From positions 14,012,001-14,076,000 of the forward strand of contig NC_043020.1 of assembly GCF_006345805.1 (NCBI RefSeq): a stretch of 64,000 bases of DNA. Direction: 5' to 3'. A program made the translations under genes and the position numbers. A model generated the notes under the pieces. The model did not search any database. It worked only from the letters and a program-made list of their open reading frames with translations, and was not told the DNA's origin. Positions 1 to 13,610 of this stretch are shown here, one piece after another; position 1 is the first letter of the stretch, and each line of letters opens with the position of its first letter. This stretch comes from Octopus sinensis. Taxonomy: Eukaryota.

Positions 1-630
1 ATCTCATATCAAGATAAACAGCACATAACCTTGGAGGTGGGGCCCAATTAGAATTTTCTTCAGGTTGAGTAGCCCATCCCACTCAAAAGGTCCCTGAATA
101 AGGGTTGTTTAAGGATGTTGAAAGAACCACCCATGTTTCCAGAGGTGAACTATTCAAACCCCAAAGAATCCCTCTCAACACATGGCTATGATGCTCCCCA
201 CTACTTCTGCTCGTGATCAGAGATGCACATATCGTCAGCCACTAAGGGACATGCTCAACTGGTTAAGGTCAAACAACTGACAAGCAAATCTGTGGTATTG
301 AGCAGAATATTTGCTGTAGCTCTTCTTTTATACCAAGACAAAACAATGTACATGATAACACTTCCAATCAGTTAAGATCAGAAGCCACGAGAGCCACTGC
401 CTGGTACTGCATCTATTATCATTACTATTATTATTATTATTATTATTATCATTACTATTATTATTATTATTATTATTATCATCATTATTATTATGTTGAT
501 GATGATAATGATGCACATGGGTATGTCTGACTGTCAACTACGTGTTTCTAGGTTCAATCCTACCGTCTGGAATCTCAGGCAAGAATCTTCTGTCAGAGAC
601 ATTATTCTAAGAGTGTGTGTGTGTGTGTGT

Positions 631-1214
631 GTGTATGCATTTGTGTACTTGTGCTTTAGTAAACCAGTGTAAACATATATAGTAGTACATCTCTAAAGGG
701 ACAGAACTCAATATGGTGAACTATGGCGTTCACTGAATAGCTATCATGACTACGAATATAGACAGACAGATCAACAGACTGACAGACAAACAGACAGACA
801 GACAGGAAGACTGATGCAGAAGACCAGTGAAGTGAATAATTAGTAGTACTTAAGTGTGTTTCCCGAGTTCAAATATCACAAGGATGAACTCCATATGTAA
901 TGTATATGCGTGTGTGTGTGTTGTGTATGCATTTGTGTACTTGTGCTTTAGTAAACCAGTGTAAACATATATAGTAGTACATCTCTAAAGGGACAGAACT
1001 CAATATGGTGAACTATGGCGTTCACTGAATAGCTATCATGACTACGAATATAGACAGACAGATCAACAGACTGACAGACAAACAGACAGACAGACAGGAA
1101 GACTGATGCAGAAGACCAGTGAAGTGAATAATTAGTAGTACTTAAGTGTGTTTCCCGAGTTCAAATATCACAAGGATGAACTCCATATGTAATGTATATG
1201 CGTGTGTGTGTGTG
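631..1214. repeat. Apparently perfect 292-bp tandem duplication bounded by (TG)n
   Basis: gtgtatgcatttgtgtacttg... starts at 631 and 923; no differences seen by eye outside the (TG)n junctions. Confidence 0.95.
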
Positions 1215-1811
1215 TGTGTAATATATATGTTAAGTATCAGCATCATACTGTAGTGGTAGTAGTAGTAATAGCAGCTGTAGTGATTATGTAGGGCAAAACT
1301 TCGGATTCAGCCATTTATAAAATGTATGCTACACAATTGTAAAATGGAGACTATGTGGTAGTTTATGTTGCTAGTAATAGCAACTAAATCTGTTTCAAAT
1401 GCCTCCTATACTATCATAAATATATCATCATCATCATCATCATCATCATCATCGTTTAACGTCCGCTTTCCGCGCTAGCACGGGTTGGACGGTTTGACCG
1501 GGTCTGGGAAGCCAGGGGCCGCACCAGGCTCCAGTCTGAATCTGGCAGAGTTTCTACGGCTGGATGCCCTTCCTAACGCCAACCACTCCGTGAGTGGATT
1601 GGGTGCTTTTTACGTGCCACCTGCACAGGGGCCGGAGGGTCCGGCATCGTCACGATCGGTTCGAGCATTTTAACGTGTCAGCGGCACATGGGCAACGAGG
1701 TCCGGGGTACTTTGGGGGTCCAGGGTACTTTGGGGATCCGGGGTACTTAGAATGAGTAGGGGGTATGTGGAATTGCTGCAGAAAGCAGCCCGGGTCTTTG
1801 TAGTCACAGCA

Positions 1812-1862
1812 TTTACATACATATATATATATATATATATACGTACACATATATACATATAT

Positions 1863-1914
<52 letters not shown>

Positions 1915-1964
1915 CATACATATATATATATATATATACGTACACATATATACATATATTTACA

Positions 1965-2013
<49 letters not shown>

Positions 2014-2735
2014 CACATATATACATATATTTACATACATATATATATACACACATACACATATATACATATGCACATACACATATATACATATGCACAT
2101 ACACATATATACATATGCACATACACATATATACATATATATATATACACATATATACATATACATATACACATATATACATATACATATACACATATAT
2201 ACATATACACATATATACATATACATATACACATATATACATATACATATACACATATATACATATACACATATATACATATACACATATATACATATAC
2301 ATATACACATATATACATATACATATACACATATATACAAATACATATACATATACACATATATACATATACACATACATATATATATATATATACACAT
2401 ATATACATATACACATATATACATATACATATACACATATATACATATACATATACACATACATATATATATATATATATAATACATATGTATATATACA
2501 TATAAATACATATATATATATATACATATAAATACATATATATATATAATACATATATATATACATATAAATACATATATACATATATATAAATACATAT
2601 TTATATACATATACATATATATATAAATACATATTTATATACATATACATATATATATAAATACATATTCATATACATATATATATATGTGTGTGTATAC
2701 ATGTATATATATACAAATATATGTATGTATGTATC
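1812..2735. repeat. Compound (TA)n/(TACA)n microsatellite; similar tracts at 52705-53255, 53850-54225 and 63465-63990
   Basis: Direct inspection; source of the spurious YI/CI/HI ORFs. Confidence 0.97.
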
Positions 2736-2786
2736 ATCCCCATCATCATCATTTAATGTCAATTTAAATGATTCTGATCTTATCTT

Positions 2787-2818
<32 letters not shown>

Positions 2819-3974
2819 TATAGTGATGGGATGGCCACCACTGGAAAGCTTTTGGTCATAGAGCTACTTGATTAGGACAGACCTGGGATTCAATAATGAC
2901 AACCTTTCATGCATAGTTGCAGGACCTACTAAAAATAGCAGCTAAATCTCCACAGCCTATCATTTTCAAAAAGGAATGTCAGAGCTAATACAACAACAAC
3001 AACAGTAAAGAAGATGTCATCCTGCCAAACAGTATTTAAAGATCCATGAAACACAAAATTCTTCTGCTGTATATGTTGTCTAAACCGTTTCCTTGGTTAC
3101 ACTGACATAACGATAATAATGGTTTCAAACTTTGGCATAGGGCCAGCAGTTTCGAGGGAGGGGATGAGTCTATGACATCGACCCCAGTGCTCGACTGGTA
3201 CTTATTTCATCGACCCTAAAAGGATGAAAAGCAAAGTCAGTCTTGGCAGAATTTGAACTCAGAACACAAAGACAGATGAAATACCACTTATCATTTTGCC
3301 CTGCATACTAACGATTCTTATTTCTTTATTGCACACAAGGGGCTAAACATAGAGGGGACAAACAAGGACAGACAAAGGGAGTAAGTCTATTACATCGACC
3401 CCAGTGCGTAACTGGTACTTAATTTATCGATCCCGAAAGGATGAAAGCCAAAGTCGACCTCAGTGGAATTTGAACTCAGAACGTAACGGCATATGAAATA
3501 CTGCTAAGCATTTCGCATGGTGTGCTAACGATTCTGTCAGCTTGCTGCCTTTGACATAACAATATTAAGGAAAATAATAAAAATTTGCCTCCTTGGCATG
3601 GCCAGAATTATCAGGAAAGTATTAGGTACCATACGCTGCAGGTAGCAATACCACCAGGTATGCAAGACTCCAGGAGTTCCACTAAACCACAACTTAAAGG
3701 AATGCTGAGGATGATGATGATGGTTTCAAATTTTGGAACAAGGCCAGAGGAGGGAGGGGCATGTGGATTACATCACCCCCTCCCCCCACATGTGTTCGAC
3801 TAGTTCTTACTTCATCAACCCCTGAGGGGGAAAGGCAAATTCAAACTCAGTGGAATTTGAACTCAGAACGTAAAGATGGTGAAATGCTGCTAAGAACTTT
3901 GCCTGGCGTGAATAATAATAATAATAATAATGATAATAATAATAATATTAATAATAATAATAATAATACACTCA

Positions 3975-5184
3975 CACGTACACGACCAAGTAAGTAGTAA
4001 TACCCATCGGGCAATATGCCAACACTACGATAGAAAAACTGAGAAGAAATGGTATAAACATATGCCCAACAAGGTAGATGACAATGACCAGGCCACAGCC
4101 ACCTGGGATATACCTGTTCAAACTGACAAAGGAATAAAAGCTAATCACCCAGACAATAATCAAGGATTGAGGAAAAGAAAAACACCTGCTTACTGATAGA
4201 CATTGCAGTCCCTTCTGACCAAAATATGCTCAAAAAGAAGTAGAAAAATTGTCGAAGTACAAAGAGAATACCCTCCAATGAGTCTGTGAGATTAAGAAAT
4301 TTATTTTGTGATCCCTTGGTTCTGAGTTCATGTCTTCTATTATAACCTTGGTTTAACCAATGCCTTGTAGGTGGAATTTGGTAGATGGAAGTTGTGCCTG
4401 TTGTGTGTCTGTCTGCATACTTTTGGTTTTCATTGATGTATCCCTATCTTGCCCAGGATATCAATCGTCTGGAAGCCGTTCAGCGACGTGCAACCAAAAG
4501 AATACTCTCCATCAGGCATTTGCCATATTCTGAACGCCTTACTTCCCCGGACATGGATACATTGAAACTCCGACGTCTGGCAGCTGACTTGGCAGACACC
4601 CATAAAATTATAAAAACATCTTACAAACAAAAACTCTGAGCACCTTTTCAAACTCCACCTGTCTAACACCCGTGGACATATTTACAAAGTCAGAAAACAG
4701 CACAGCTCCCATGACTTTCGGAAAGATTTTTTTCACACTAAGAATTGCTGAAGTATGGAACAAACTGCCGGCATCAGTTGTTAGTTGGCAGCGCACTGCA
4801 TCTTCAAAACTTTCATGCTTCCTGAGATTCGCCAACACTACACCTGATTTTCTCCCCTCCATACACACGCAAGCATGTATCTGACTCATACACTGTTCGC
4901 TTTCCAGACATTTGTACATTACTGCATATACTTCATATGCACTTGTGACAAGTTGTGGTGCACCTGAGCACTGTATACAATAATTTCATTATTATTATTA
5001 GATCTCAAAATTGAAGCATTCAAGATGTGGGACATGAAGGTGAAAACAATACAGTAATAATTGGCACACTGGATACAAAACATATGAATGAAAATGAAGC
5101 TATTTGTGGACCGTCTATGCTACACACTATCCAAACAATAACCCTGCTAGGAACAGCCCACATCTTATGCAAGACACTATAATT
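3975..5184 (+). mobile_element. R4/Dong-clade LINE 3-prime fragment (restriction-like endonuclease) split by nested insertions at about 4270-5000
   Basis: Starts at (AAT)n. HDQV...KWYKH-P...WDIPVQTDKGIKANHPD...LLIDIAVP...KLSKYK resumes as DLKIEAFKMWDMK...LLGTAHILCKTL*. Confidence 0.8.
4435..4999 (+). mobile_element. CR1-clade LINE 3-prime fragment
   Basis: PYLAQDINRLEAVQRRATK...YSERL...LKLRRL and TRGH...FFTLRIAEVWNKLP; ends in an (ATT)n tail. Confidence 0.88.
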
Positions 5185-6040
5185 ATGATATTACAACCCA
5201 AATAAAAAGTCCACAAATACAAGCATCTCTTCAGTAAATATCAATTAAATCCACTCTTACATGTAGTCTTTAGTCGGACACCCATAGAGAACCACAACTC
5301 GCATTACATCACCACCACACACACACACACAACAACACTAATTTAAAAATGTTTTTTTCACTTGTTCAGTCATTTGACTGGGCCATGCTGGAGCACAGCC
5401 TTGAATCGAGCAATCAACCCCGGGACTTATTCGTTGTACCACAGTACTTATTATAGTTTCTATGCTGAACCGCTAGTGATGCACAAAACCACACCAGCAT
5501 CGGTTGTCAGAAATTGCTAGGGGGACAAACACAGCACACAAACACACAACACATACATATATATATAATAATATATGACGGGCCTTCAGTTTCGGTACCA
5601 AACCACTACAAAGGCTTGGTCGCCGAGGGGATGCCAAGCAGTGGGACTGAAACTGTGGCCATGTGGTTGGTAACAAGCTACTTACCACACAACAATCCAA
5701 AAAATAACCCTGCTAGGAAGAGCCCACATCTTATGCAAGACACTATAATTATAATATTACAACCCAAATAAAACAATCCACAAATACAAGACACTCTCTA
5801 TACAGTAAATATGCAATTAAATAAACAACTCTTTACATGTAATCTTTAGGTCGGACACCCAGTAGAAGGAGACAACTCGCATTACACACACAGGCACAAC
5901 ACAAACACTAATACAGCAAAAAATTGCAACCAAGCTGCATAACAAAGCAAACTGATGCAATACAATACTGTAAAGTATTTGTGCTCCTCCAACAATAAAA
6001 AAAAACGAAAATGCACATCACTGCACACACACCACACACC

Positions 6041-6212
6041 CCAGCAATACGGAAGTGTAGCAGATAATGCAATACAAATTTGCCTGAAACTATCAAATGT
6101 CGAATAATAATGATGATGATGATGATGATGATGATATGATGATGACAATAATAATAATAATAGTTTCAGGCATATTTCTACTGCACTATCTGCCACACTA
6201 CCATATTGCTGG
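6041..6212. repeat. Inverted repeat (about 53-bp arms) enclosing a (TGA)n/(TAA)n loop
   Basis: ccagcaatacggaagtgtagcagata...tgcctgaaactat versus atagtttcaggca...tatctgccacactaccatattgctgg. Confidence 0.8.
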
Positions 6213-6231
6213 TATGAATATATGAATGATG

Positions 6232-6263
<32 letters not shown>

Positions 6264-6274
6264 GGTGGTGATGG

Positions 6275-6329
<55 letters not shown>

Positions 6330-6452
6330 GGTGGTGGTGATGATGATGGTGGTGGTGGTGATGATGATGATGGTGGTGGTGGTGGTGGTGGTGATGATGG
6401 TGGTGATGATGATGATGATCTCTTTATCAACCATAAGGGTTCACATGAAAAT

Positions 6453-6966
6453 GCCCTGATGCAGTACCAGGCAGTGGCTCTCATGGCTCTTTTTTTGTTA
6501 TGGTATTGTTTTATCTTGATATAAAAAAATAGGCTACAGCAAATATTCTGCTCAATACCACAAATTTGCTTGTCAGTCGCTTGACTTTAAACCAGTTGAG
6601 CATGTCCCTTAGTAACTGACGATATGTACATCTCTGATCATGAGCAGAAGTAGTGGGGGAACCATGTGTCGAGAGGAATTTTTTGAGGTTTGAATAACTC
6701 ACCTCTGGAAACATGCGTGTTTCACTGAACATCCTAAAACAACCCTTATTCAGGGACCTTTTGAGTGGAATGGGCTACTTGATCTGAAGAAAATTCTAAT
6801 TCAGCCCGACCTGCAAGGCCATGTGCTGCATATCGTGAGATGAGATCACCATGTCATGCACATATGGTTGTGATGCATGTGCATGGTGTACCCTTATCAG
6901 ATGACCTAAGCTTTGTATATTTATAGCTCAGTGTCACTTTGATGGCATGCACTGCCTTCTCTCTCT
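6453..6966 (+). mobile_element. About 520-550 bp non-coding interspersed repeat, family F (also 6997-7508 +, and 1-413 -)
   Basis: Three copies share the 5-prime ctgatgcagtaccaggcagtggctctc end; the two plus-strand copies end gtcactttgatggcatgca; all abut AAT/GAT repeats. Confidence 0.85.
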
Positions 6967-7511
6967 CTGATGACGACAATGACAACAATAACACATGTCC
7001 TGATGCAGCACCAGGCACTGGCTCTCATGTTATCTTGGTATAAAAGATGGGCTAAGCAAAGATTTTGCTCAATACCACAGATCTGCTTATCAGTTGTTTG
7101 ACCTTCACCAGTTGAGTATATTCCTTCGTGGCTGACAATATGTGCATCTCTGATCAAGAGCAGGAGTAGTGGGGGAGGGCATCATAGACATGTTTTCAGA
7201 AGAATTTTGGTGGGTTTGAATAATTCACCTCCAGAAACATAGGTGTTTGTTGATCATCCTTAAATGACCCTCATTCAGGAACTTTTTGAGTAGGATAGGC
7301 TACTTGACCTGAAGAAAATTCTCACTGGGCCCCACCTGCAAGATAAAGTGCTGTTTATCTTGATATATAGTCACCATGTTGTTGCGCACATATGGTTGTG
7401 ATGCATGTGCCTGGAGTACCCTTATCAGACAGATAGTCATGATGGGTATATTGGGCTTCATATATTTGTAACCCAGTGTCACTTTGATGGCATGCATTGC
7501 TCTCTCAATAA

Positions 7512-8250
7512 TAATTGGCTAATATATTAAAAAACGGCAGTAGCCCAACATGTTGTGTATGTCAACAACAAAATGAAACCAGTGATCATGTTGTCTCCAT
7601 GTGCAGTCTTCTTGCACCTACCAAATATCTCAACAGGCATGATAGAGCAGCACAAATATATTCACTGGGTAATTTGCAAAGACCTGGACCTGCCCCAGGA
7701 TAAAAACTGGTGGGAACACAAACCATTTCCAATGCTTGAAAATAATCACATCTCACTCCTCTGGAACTTCATTCAAACTGACAGAAAGATAGATGCGAAT
7801 GGGCCAGATATTATATTGGAAGACCTCGGACAAAAATCATGCCTCCTCATTGATATGACAGTCCCAATCGACATAAATGTATCTGTCAAGACCTACCAAA
7901 AACTGAGCAAGTATAAAGATCTTGAAATAGGAATTGGCAAAATGTGGAACTTCAAGAATAAAACAATACCTGTAGTCAGTCATAGGTGCCCAAGGAATGA
8001 TAGTAAAACGGGCTGATTCCTATCTACCTCAGATAGCAGGAAACTCCAAAATGGCAGAAATTCAAAAGATAGTTCTCATGGGAACTGCCCATATCTTACA
8101 TAAAATACTGTCTATGTAATCTCAAATTTTAAAATAAACTCATAATTTTCTTATGTTTTCTGAAACATTCTCTAGAACAATACGATGTGCAAAACCAAAT
8201 ATATGACACCCTAGGCATAACACCAGCATGAACTTCTAACTTGTTGTCTC
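7512..8250 (+). mobile_element. R4/Dong-clade LINE 3-prime fragment
   Basis: CCHC knuckle CCVC...ETSDHVVSMC, RHD motif, and PDIIL...LLIDMTVP...KLSKYKDL endonuclease; bounded by AAT repeats. Confidence 0.88.
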
Positions 8251-9734
8251 AGTAATAATCCTTTCTATTATAGGCATAAAGGCTGAAATTTGAGAAAGGG
8301 GTCTTGTTGAATACATTGACCTCAGTGTTCAACTGGTATGTATTTTATTGACCTCGAAAGGAATGGAAGGCTAAGCTGACTTTGGCGCCATTTTAACACA
8401 GAACGTAAAACCAGAAGAAACCTCACTTAGCATAATCTTCCTCTTTTACTCTTTTACTTGTTTCAGTCATTTGACTGTGGCCATGCTGGAGCACCGCCTT
8501 TAGTCGAGCAAATCGACCCCAGGACTTATTCTTTGTAAGCCCAGTACTTATTCTATCAGTCTCTTTTGCCGAACCGCTAAGTGACGGGGACGTAAACACA
8601 CCATCATCGGTTGTCAAGCAATGCTAGGGGGACAAACACAGACACACAAACACATATACACACACTTATATATATATATATATATACATATATATGACAG
8701 GCTTCTTTCAGTTTCCGTCTACCAAATCCACTCACAAGGCATTGGTCGGTCCAGGGCTATAGCAGAAGACACTTGCCCAAGATGCCACGCAGTGGGACTG
8801 AACCCGGAACCATGTGGTTGGTTAGCAAGCTATTTACCCCAAAGCCATCCCTGCGCCTGTTAGCATGCTAATAATTCTGCCAACTTGCTGCCTTAACAAT
8901 GATGATGGTGATGACGATGACCCCTTTACTGTGATATCATTGTTTCATCTTGTTTGCTTCATTCATTTATCAAAGTTTCCTTCACCTAAAACAAAGCTTC
9001 TTTTAATCGGTAAAAATAAAAAAAATTCATTCCTTTTATGAAATATTTAATAACCGTCCAATTATTTTTAGCAATCAACAGTAGCCACACATTCTCAACT
9101 ATAACTACACGACTAAGCAGATTCTCTCTCTTCTCTGTTAGTCTTCCACTCCTCATCTAGTCTTTCCACCTATTCACACCATTTTTCTTCTCTCTTCTCC
9201 ATCTGTTCACCACAATCCTCTTTCTCTCCTCTGCACACGCTCTTTAAACACACCGATCAAAATTCAAACTTCAAACGAACTACTTCCACGTCCAATCAAT
9301 AAAAGAAAAAACACCAATAAAAAAGGAACACAAGAAATCAATATTTTCCATTTTGTTCAAGCATATATACCAGCTTAGGTAGGCTATAGCATCTGCTTTT
9401 CAACATGATGCTTTTATACGCACGGCTCTCACACTTATTGACTCTGCTTTTCATTCAGTTATTAGCAAGGGTGCGGTCAGTTAATACAAGTGGAATGACT
9501 CATGTTCTAGGGGCTGTTGACTCAATACGCATACGCACACACACGAACATACACAAACAAGCAAACGCAAATGAACGCAAATTAAGCCTTGAGTTACATC
9601 ATCCTCTGCAGCTGCCAGCTCTCGGAGCGTGGACTGCTCTTCCAAAAACACTCTCGAAATTCAGCTATGTCACAAAAATTTCCAAGTGGGTTTAATCCCA
9701 TGACCATCCCACAGAGTAGCTTGGGCAATTCTGG

Positions 9735-10372
9735 AAGACAGAAAGAAAAGCCATAGAGAGAGGGGAGGGAAAGAAAGAGGGGTAGAGAGAAAAGAGAGGT
9801 GGAGACAGAAAAAAGAGAGGGGTAGAGAAAGGAGAGCAAGAGAGGGGAGAGAGAGTGGGAGAAAGAGAGCAAGAGAGGAGAGAGAGTGGGATAAGGAAGA
9901 GAGGAGAGAGAGTGGGAGAAAGAAGAGAGGAAAGAGTGGGAGAAAGAAGAGAGGAAAGAGAGTGGGAGAAAGAAGAGAGGAGAGTGAGTGGGAGAGAGAA
10001 GAGAGGAGAGTGAGTGGGAGAGAGAAGAGAGGAGAGAGAATGGGAGAGAGGAGAGAGAGTGGGAGAGAGAAGAGAGAGTGGGAGAGAGAAGAGAGTAGGA
10101 GAGAGAGAGTGGGAGAGAGAAGAGAGTGGGAGAGAGAAGAGAGTGGGAGAGAGAAGAGAGTGGGAGAGAGAAGAGAGTGGGAGAGAGGAGAGAAAAGAGA
10201 GTGGGAAAGAGAAAGCAAAGTGAGAGAGGAGGAGAGAAAGAAAAATGAGAGAGGGGAAAGAGAAAGAAACGTGGGAGAGGGAGAGAGAGTGAAAGAAAAA
10301 TGATAGGAGAAAGAGAAAGACAAGTGAGAGAGGAAGAGAGAGAAAGACAAGAGGGAGAAAGAGAGACAGAAG
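9735..10372. repeat. Polypurine GA tract with a 15-nt gagtgggagagagaa higher-order unit
   Basis: About 630 nt that are almost purely purine on the + strand. Confidence 0.95.
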
Positions 10373-11206
10373 AATCAGCTGCAGCATTTGACTCATATTT
10401 TTTATTTATCATCTCCCAAAAGACAGAAAGTAAAGCTGACTTTGGTAGGAATTGAACCTCAACACATTCTATCCAGCACTCCAAGGATTCTAACATAACA
10501 ATTCATTGCTGCTGCATCAGCTAGGAAAACAATATTTTAAAAACCAAACTGTGGCACTAAAACAGTGGTTCACAACCTGGGTCCATGAGACCCCTGAGGG
10601 TCCACATTAAGATTTGAGGAAGAGGGAGCAGGTAGAGGGCAAATAAACAAAATAGCAAAATGGTGGTGGTAGTGGTAGTAGTAGTAGTTGCTGTTGTTTA
10701 ACCAAAGGTTAGCTTCAATCATGAACACCTTTGATCAAAGATGTTCCAGTTGTGACCAGTGAGTCTTCTTTTTTTTTCCCCACACCTGTATTCAAATCTA
10801 CATCATCCAACATGTTTTTCTTTTGTTTTTTGCATTTTTATAATACGGTAAAGTGTGAGTTGGAGGAAACTTGGCTGCTATTTCTAGTAAAAAAAAGTGG
10901 GCACATAGGAGCTTCTTCAGTTAGTTATTCAATCATGGTTCCAATATTGCAAAGCATCACGATTTGATAGGGCATCAATTAACTCAAGAATATGAAGAAT
11001 TATATAAATTAACATTTCTAAGGAATATCAGCTGTGTGGTTAAGAAGTTTGTTTCGTAATTATCTGGCTTCAGGTTCAATCCCACTGCACAGCACATCAT
11101 CATCATCATTTAACGTCCATTTTCCATGCTGACAAGGGTTAGGCAGTTTGACAAGAGCTGGCCAGCCAAAGAGCTGCACCAGGCTTCAATTGTCTGTTAT
11201 GGCATA

Positions 11207-11524
11207 TGTGGTGTTGGCAGTCGGTGTTATGGGACGTGATGAGCTATGTGGTGCTGGTGGAGAGGATGACAGATGAGGTGGGCGGAAGTAGGGCTTGCAG
11301 GGGCTGGCGGAAGACTGCAGGGTGCATGCGTGGCAGGAAGCGGAAGCAATCAAGCAGGATGCACGTGTGGTCATCGACGAAGCGGGCCAGTTCGAGCATA
11401 GACGGCAAAGCAAAAGGACGTGTCGAATTCGTGAGAGACCGCTGATTTCGCCGAGGTAAGGCTTTTCGTATTTCTTTCTCCCGTTGCTTCTTTTTCTGTT
11501 ATCCTCTTCATCCATCACACTACA
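11207..11524. mobile_element. Solo LTR inserted in a family C SINE
   Basis: TGTGGTGT...ACACTACA termini; 5-bp flanks gcata/ccata (4 of 5 match); CpG-rich; the host SINE resumes in register (tggcata|gtttcta). Confidence 0.7.
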
Positions 11525-13499
11525 CCATAGTTTCTACCACTGGGTATCCTTTCTAATGTCAACCATTCTGGGTACCAAGTGCTTTATAGGTGGCACCAGC
11601 ACAAACGATTTATAGATGACATTGGCACAGGTGCCAATTATGCAGCACTGGCATGGGTGCTTTTTATGTGGCACTGCATGGGTGCTTTTCTACACAGTAC
11701 CAGCATGGGTGCTTTATTAAAAGGCACGAGCACAGGTCAAATGACTGATGTGAGGAGAACTTCCTTTTTTCTTCACAGGCTTCAGAGTAAACCATTAAAA
11801 TAAAAATAAAAATAATTAAGGAAACAACTAATTAATCACTAATTTCTAATCAAACAGATGACTAAACTAGATGTAGTTATTCTATGACAAGTACCATATT
11901 AGATGGTATATAAAAGATAAATTCTAAAATTTGTCCTGTCTTAAATGTGAAGCTGAGGCCTTCAAACTAATTTTTTATCTTTATTCTTTTATTCTTTTAC
12001 TTGTTTCTGTCATTTGACTGTGGCCATGCTGGAGCACCTCCTTAAAGGTTTTTTTAGTCGAAGTAATCGACCTCAGGACTTATTCTTTGTAAGCCTAGTA
12101 CTTATTCTATCGGTCTCCTTTGCTGAACTACTAAGTACAGGGATATAAACATCGGCTTTCAACCAATGGTGGGGGGGGGGGACAAACACAGACATTAAAA
12201 CAAATATATATATTTATATAACGGGCTTCTTTAAGTTTCTGTCTACTAAATCCACTCACAAGGACTTGGTCAGCCTGAGGCTACAATTGAAGACACTTGC
12301 CCAAGGTGCCACACAGTGAGAATGAACCCGAAACTATGTGGTTGGGAAGCAAGCTTCTTACCACACAGCCATGTCTGCTGAAATGTGAGTTTTATACACC
12401 CAAATGTCTTATATACCCACACATCTTATATAACATCAAATCTTTTAAGTAATCAGACCTATATACTAAACTCTCATTAGAATTGTGAAATATATAATGT
12501 AATAGACACTGATTTTATCTGAGGATGTAGTATCAGTGGATACCTGCTACTGACAAAGGTTAAAGAAACAAAAATATGTTTTTAGCAATACCACCATTGC
12601 TACTGGGTAATTTTCATGTCACTGATATATTTCTGTGCTTTTTAACACTATACGTCTATAAGAGATGCTTTCTTGAGACAAATACTACAGTTTAGCAGGC
12701 TTTCAACAATATAAAATATAGAAGTTATAAATACTGTGCAAAAATATTTTAAAACTATGTGTCAAGATTTTAATAAAGCTTGGCAGTGCATGATTTAAGG
12801 CCTATTTAGCTGTTATTCTTAGCACATCTCATGACCACCTCAATAAGTAGAATATATTTGTCAACATGTGCTTTCTTGCAGACTAAAGAGTTCTCACGTT
12901 TGGCTTGTTACTATAGAAACAGGCATGAATGTGTCTGTGGCTTACGATTGGCTAAAATTACACAAAATTTTTAAACTCTAAAAGCTATTAACTCTTTATT
13001 GATTTATGGCGAAGATGAATTTCATGGCATTGATTAGCATATAAAACTACAGCATTACACCAAATATGAAATCAATTCGAAAAGAAATTGAAGAGATTGA
13101 AAATTGACAGCCAAACAAAAAAGATTTATTTTAAAATGGGGGTGATTTGTTCTGCTAAAAATTCTTCAAGATGATACCCCAGCATGGTCTCAGTCCAATG
13201 AGTGAAAGAAGTAAAAAAAAAATAAATAAAAATGGAATAAAGCATTTATTTCCAAGATTTACTTATTTTGTTTTATTTAACCCCCTTAGCATTTAACCTG
13301 ACCATGTCCAACCAACCCAAATATTCTACAAACTGACTAGATCCAACCTCTCACACCTGCCCCACAATACCATTCTGAAAAAATATACAGAAACACTATT
13401 GAAGTCTTGATGCTACAAGATAATTCATGATTGATTCAGAGCAAATGCGAATAATATAAGCAAATACATTTGACAAGGAAATCTGAATGCAACAGGGTT

Positions 13500-13541
<42 letters not shown>

Positions 13542-13578
13542 CAGCAGCAGCAGTAGTAGTAGTAGTAGTAGCAGCAGC

Positions 13579-13610
<32 letters not shown>

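Noticed and set aside
1650-2650. Long ORFs of Y/I/M/C/H residues (also near 47700, 52700, 53700 and 63400)
   Set aside because: Translations of (TA)n/(CA)n microsatellites that lack stops by composition.
9594-10496. 300-aa Ser/Leu-rich ORF and overlapping ORFs
   Set aside because: Read-through of the CT/GA tract; no domain signal.
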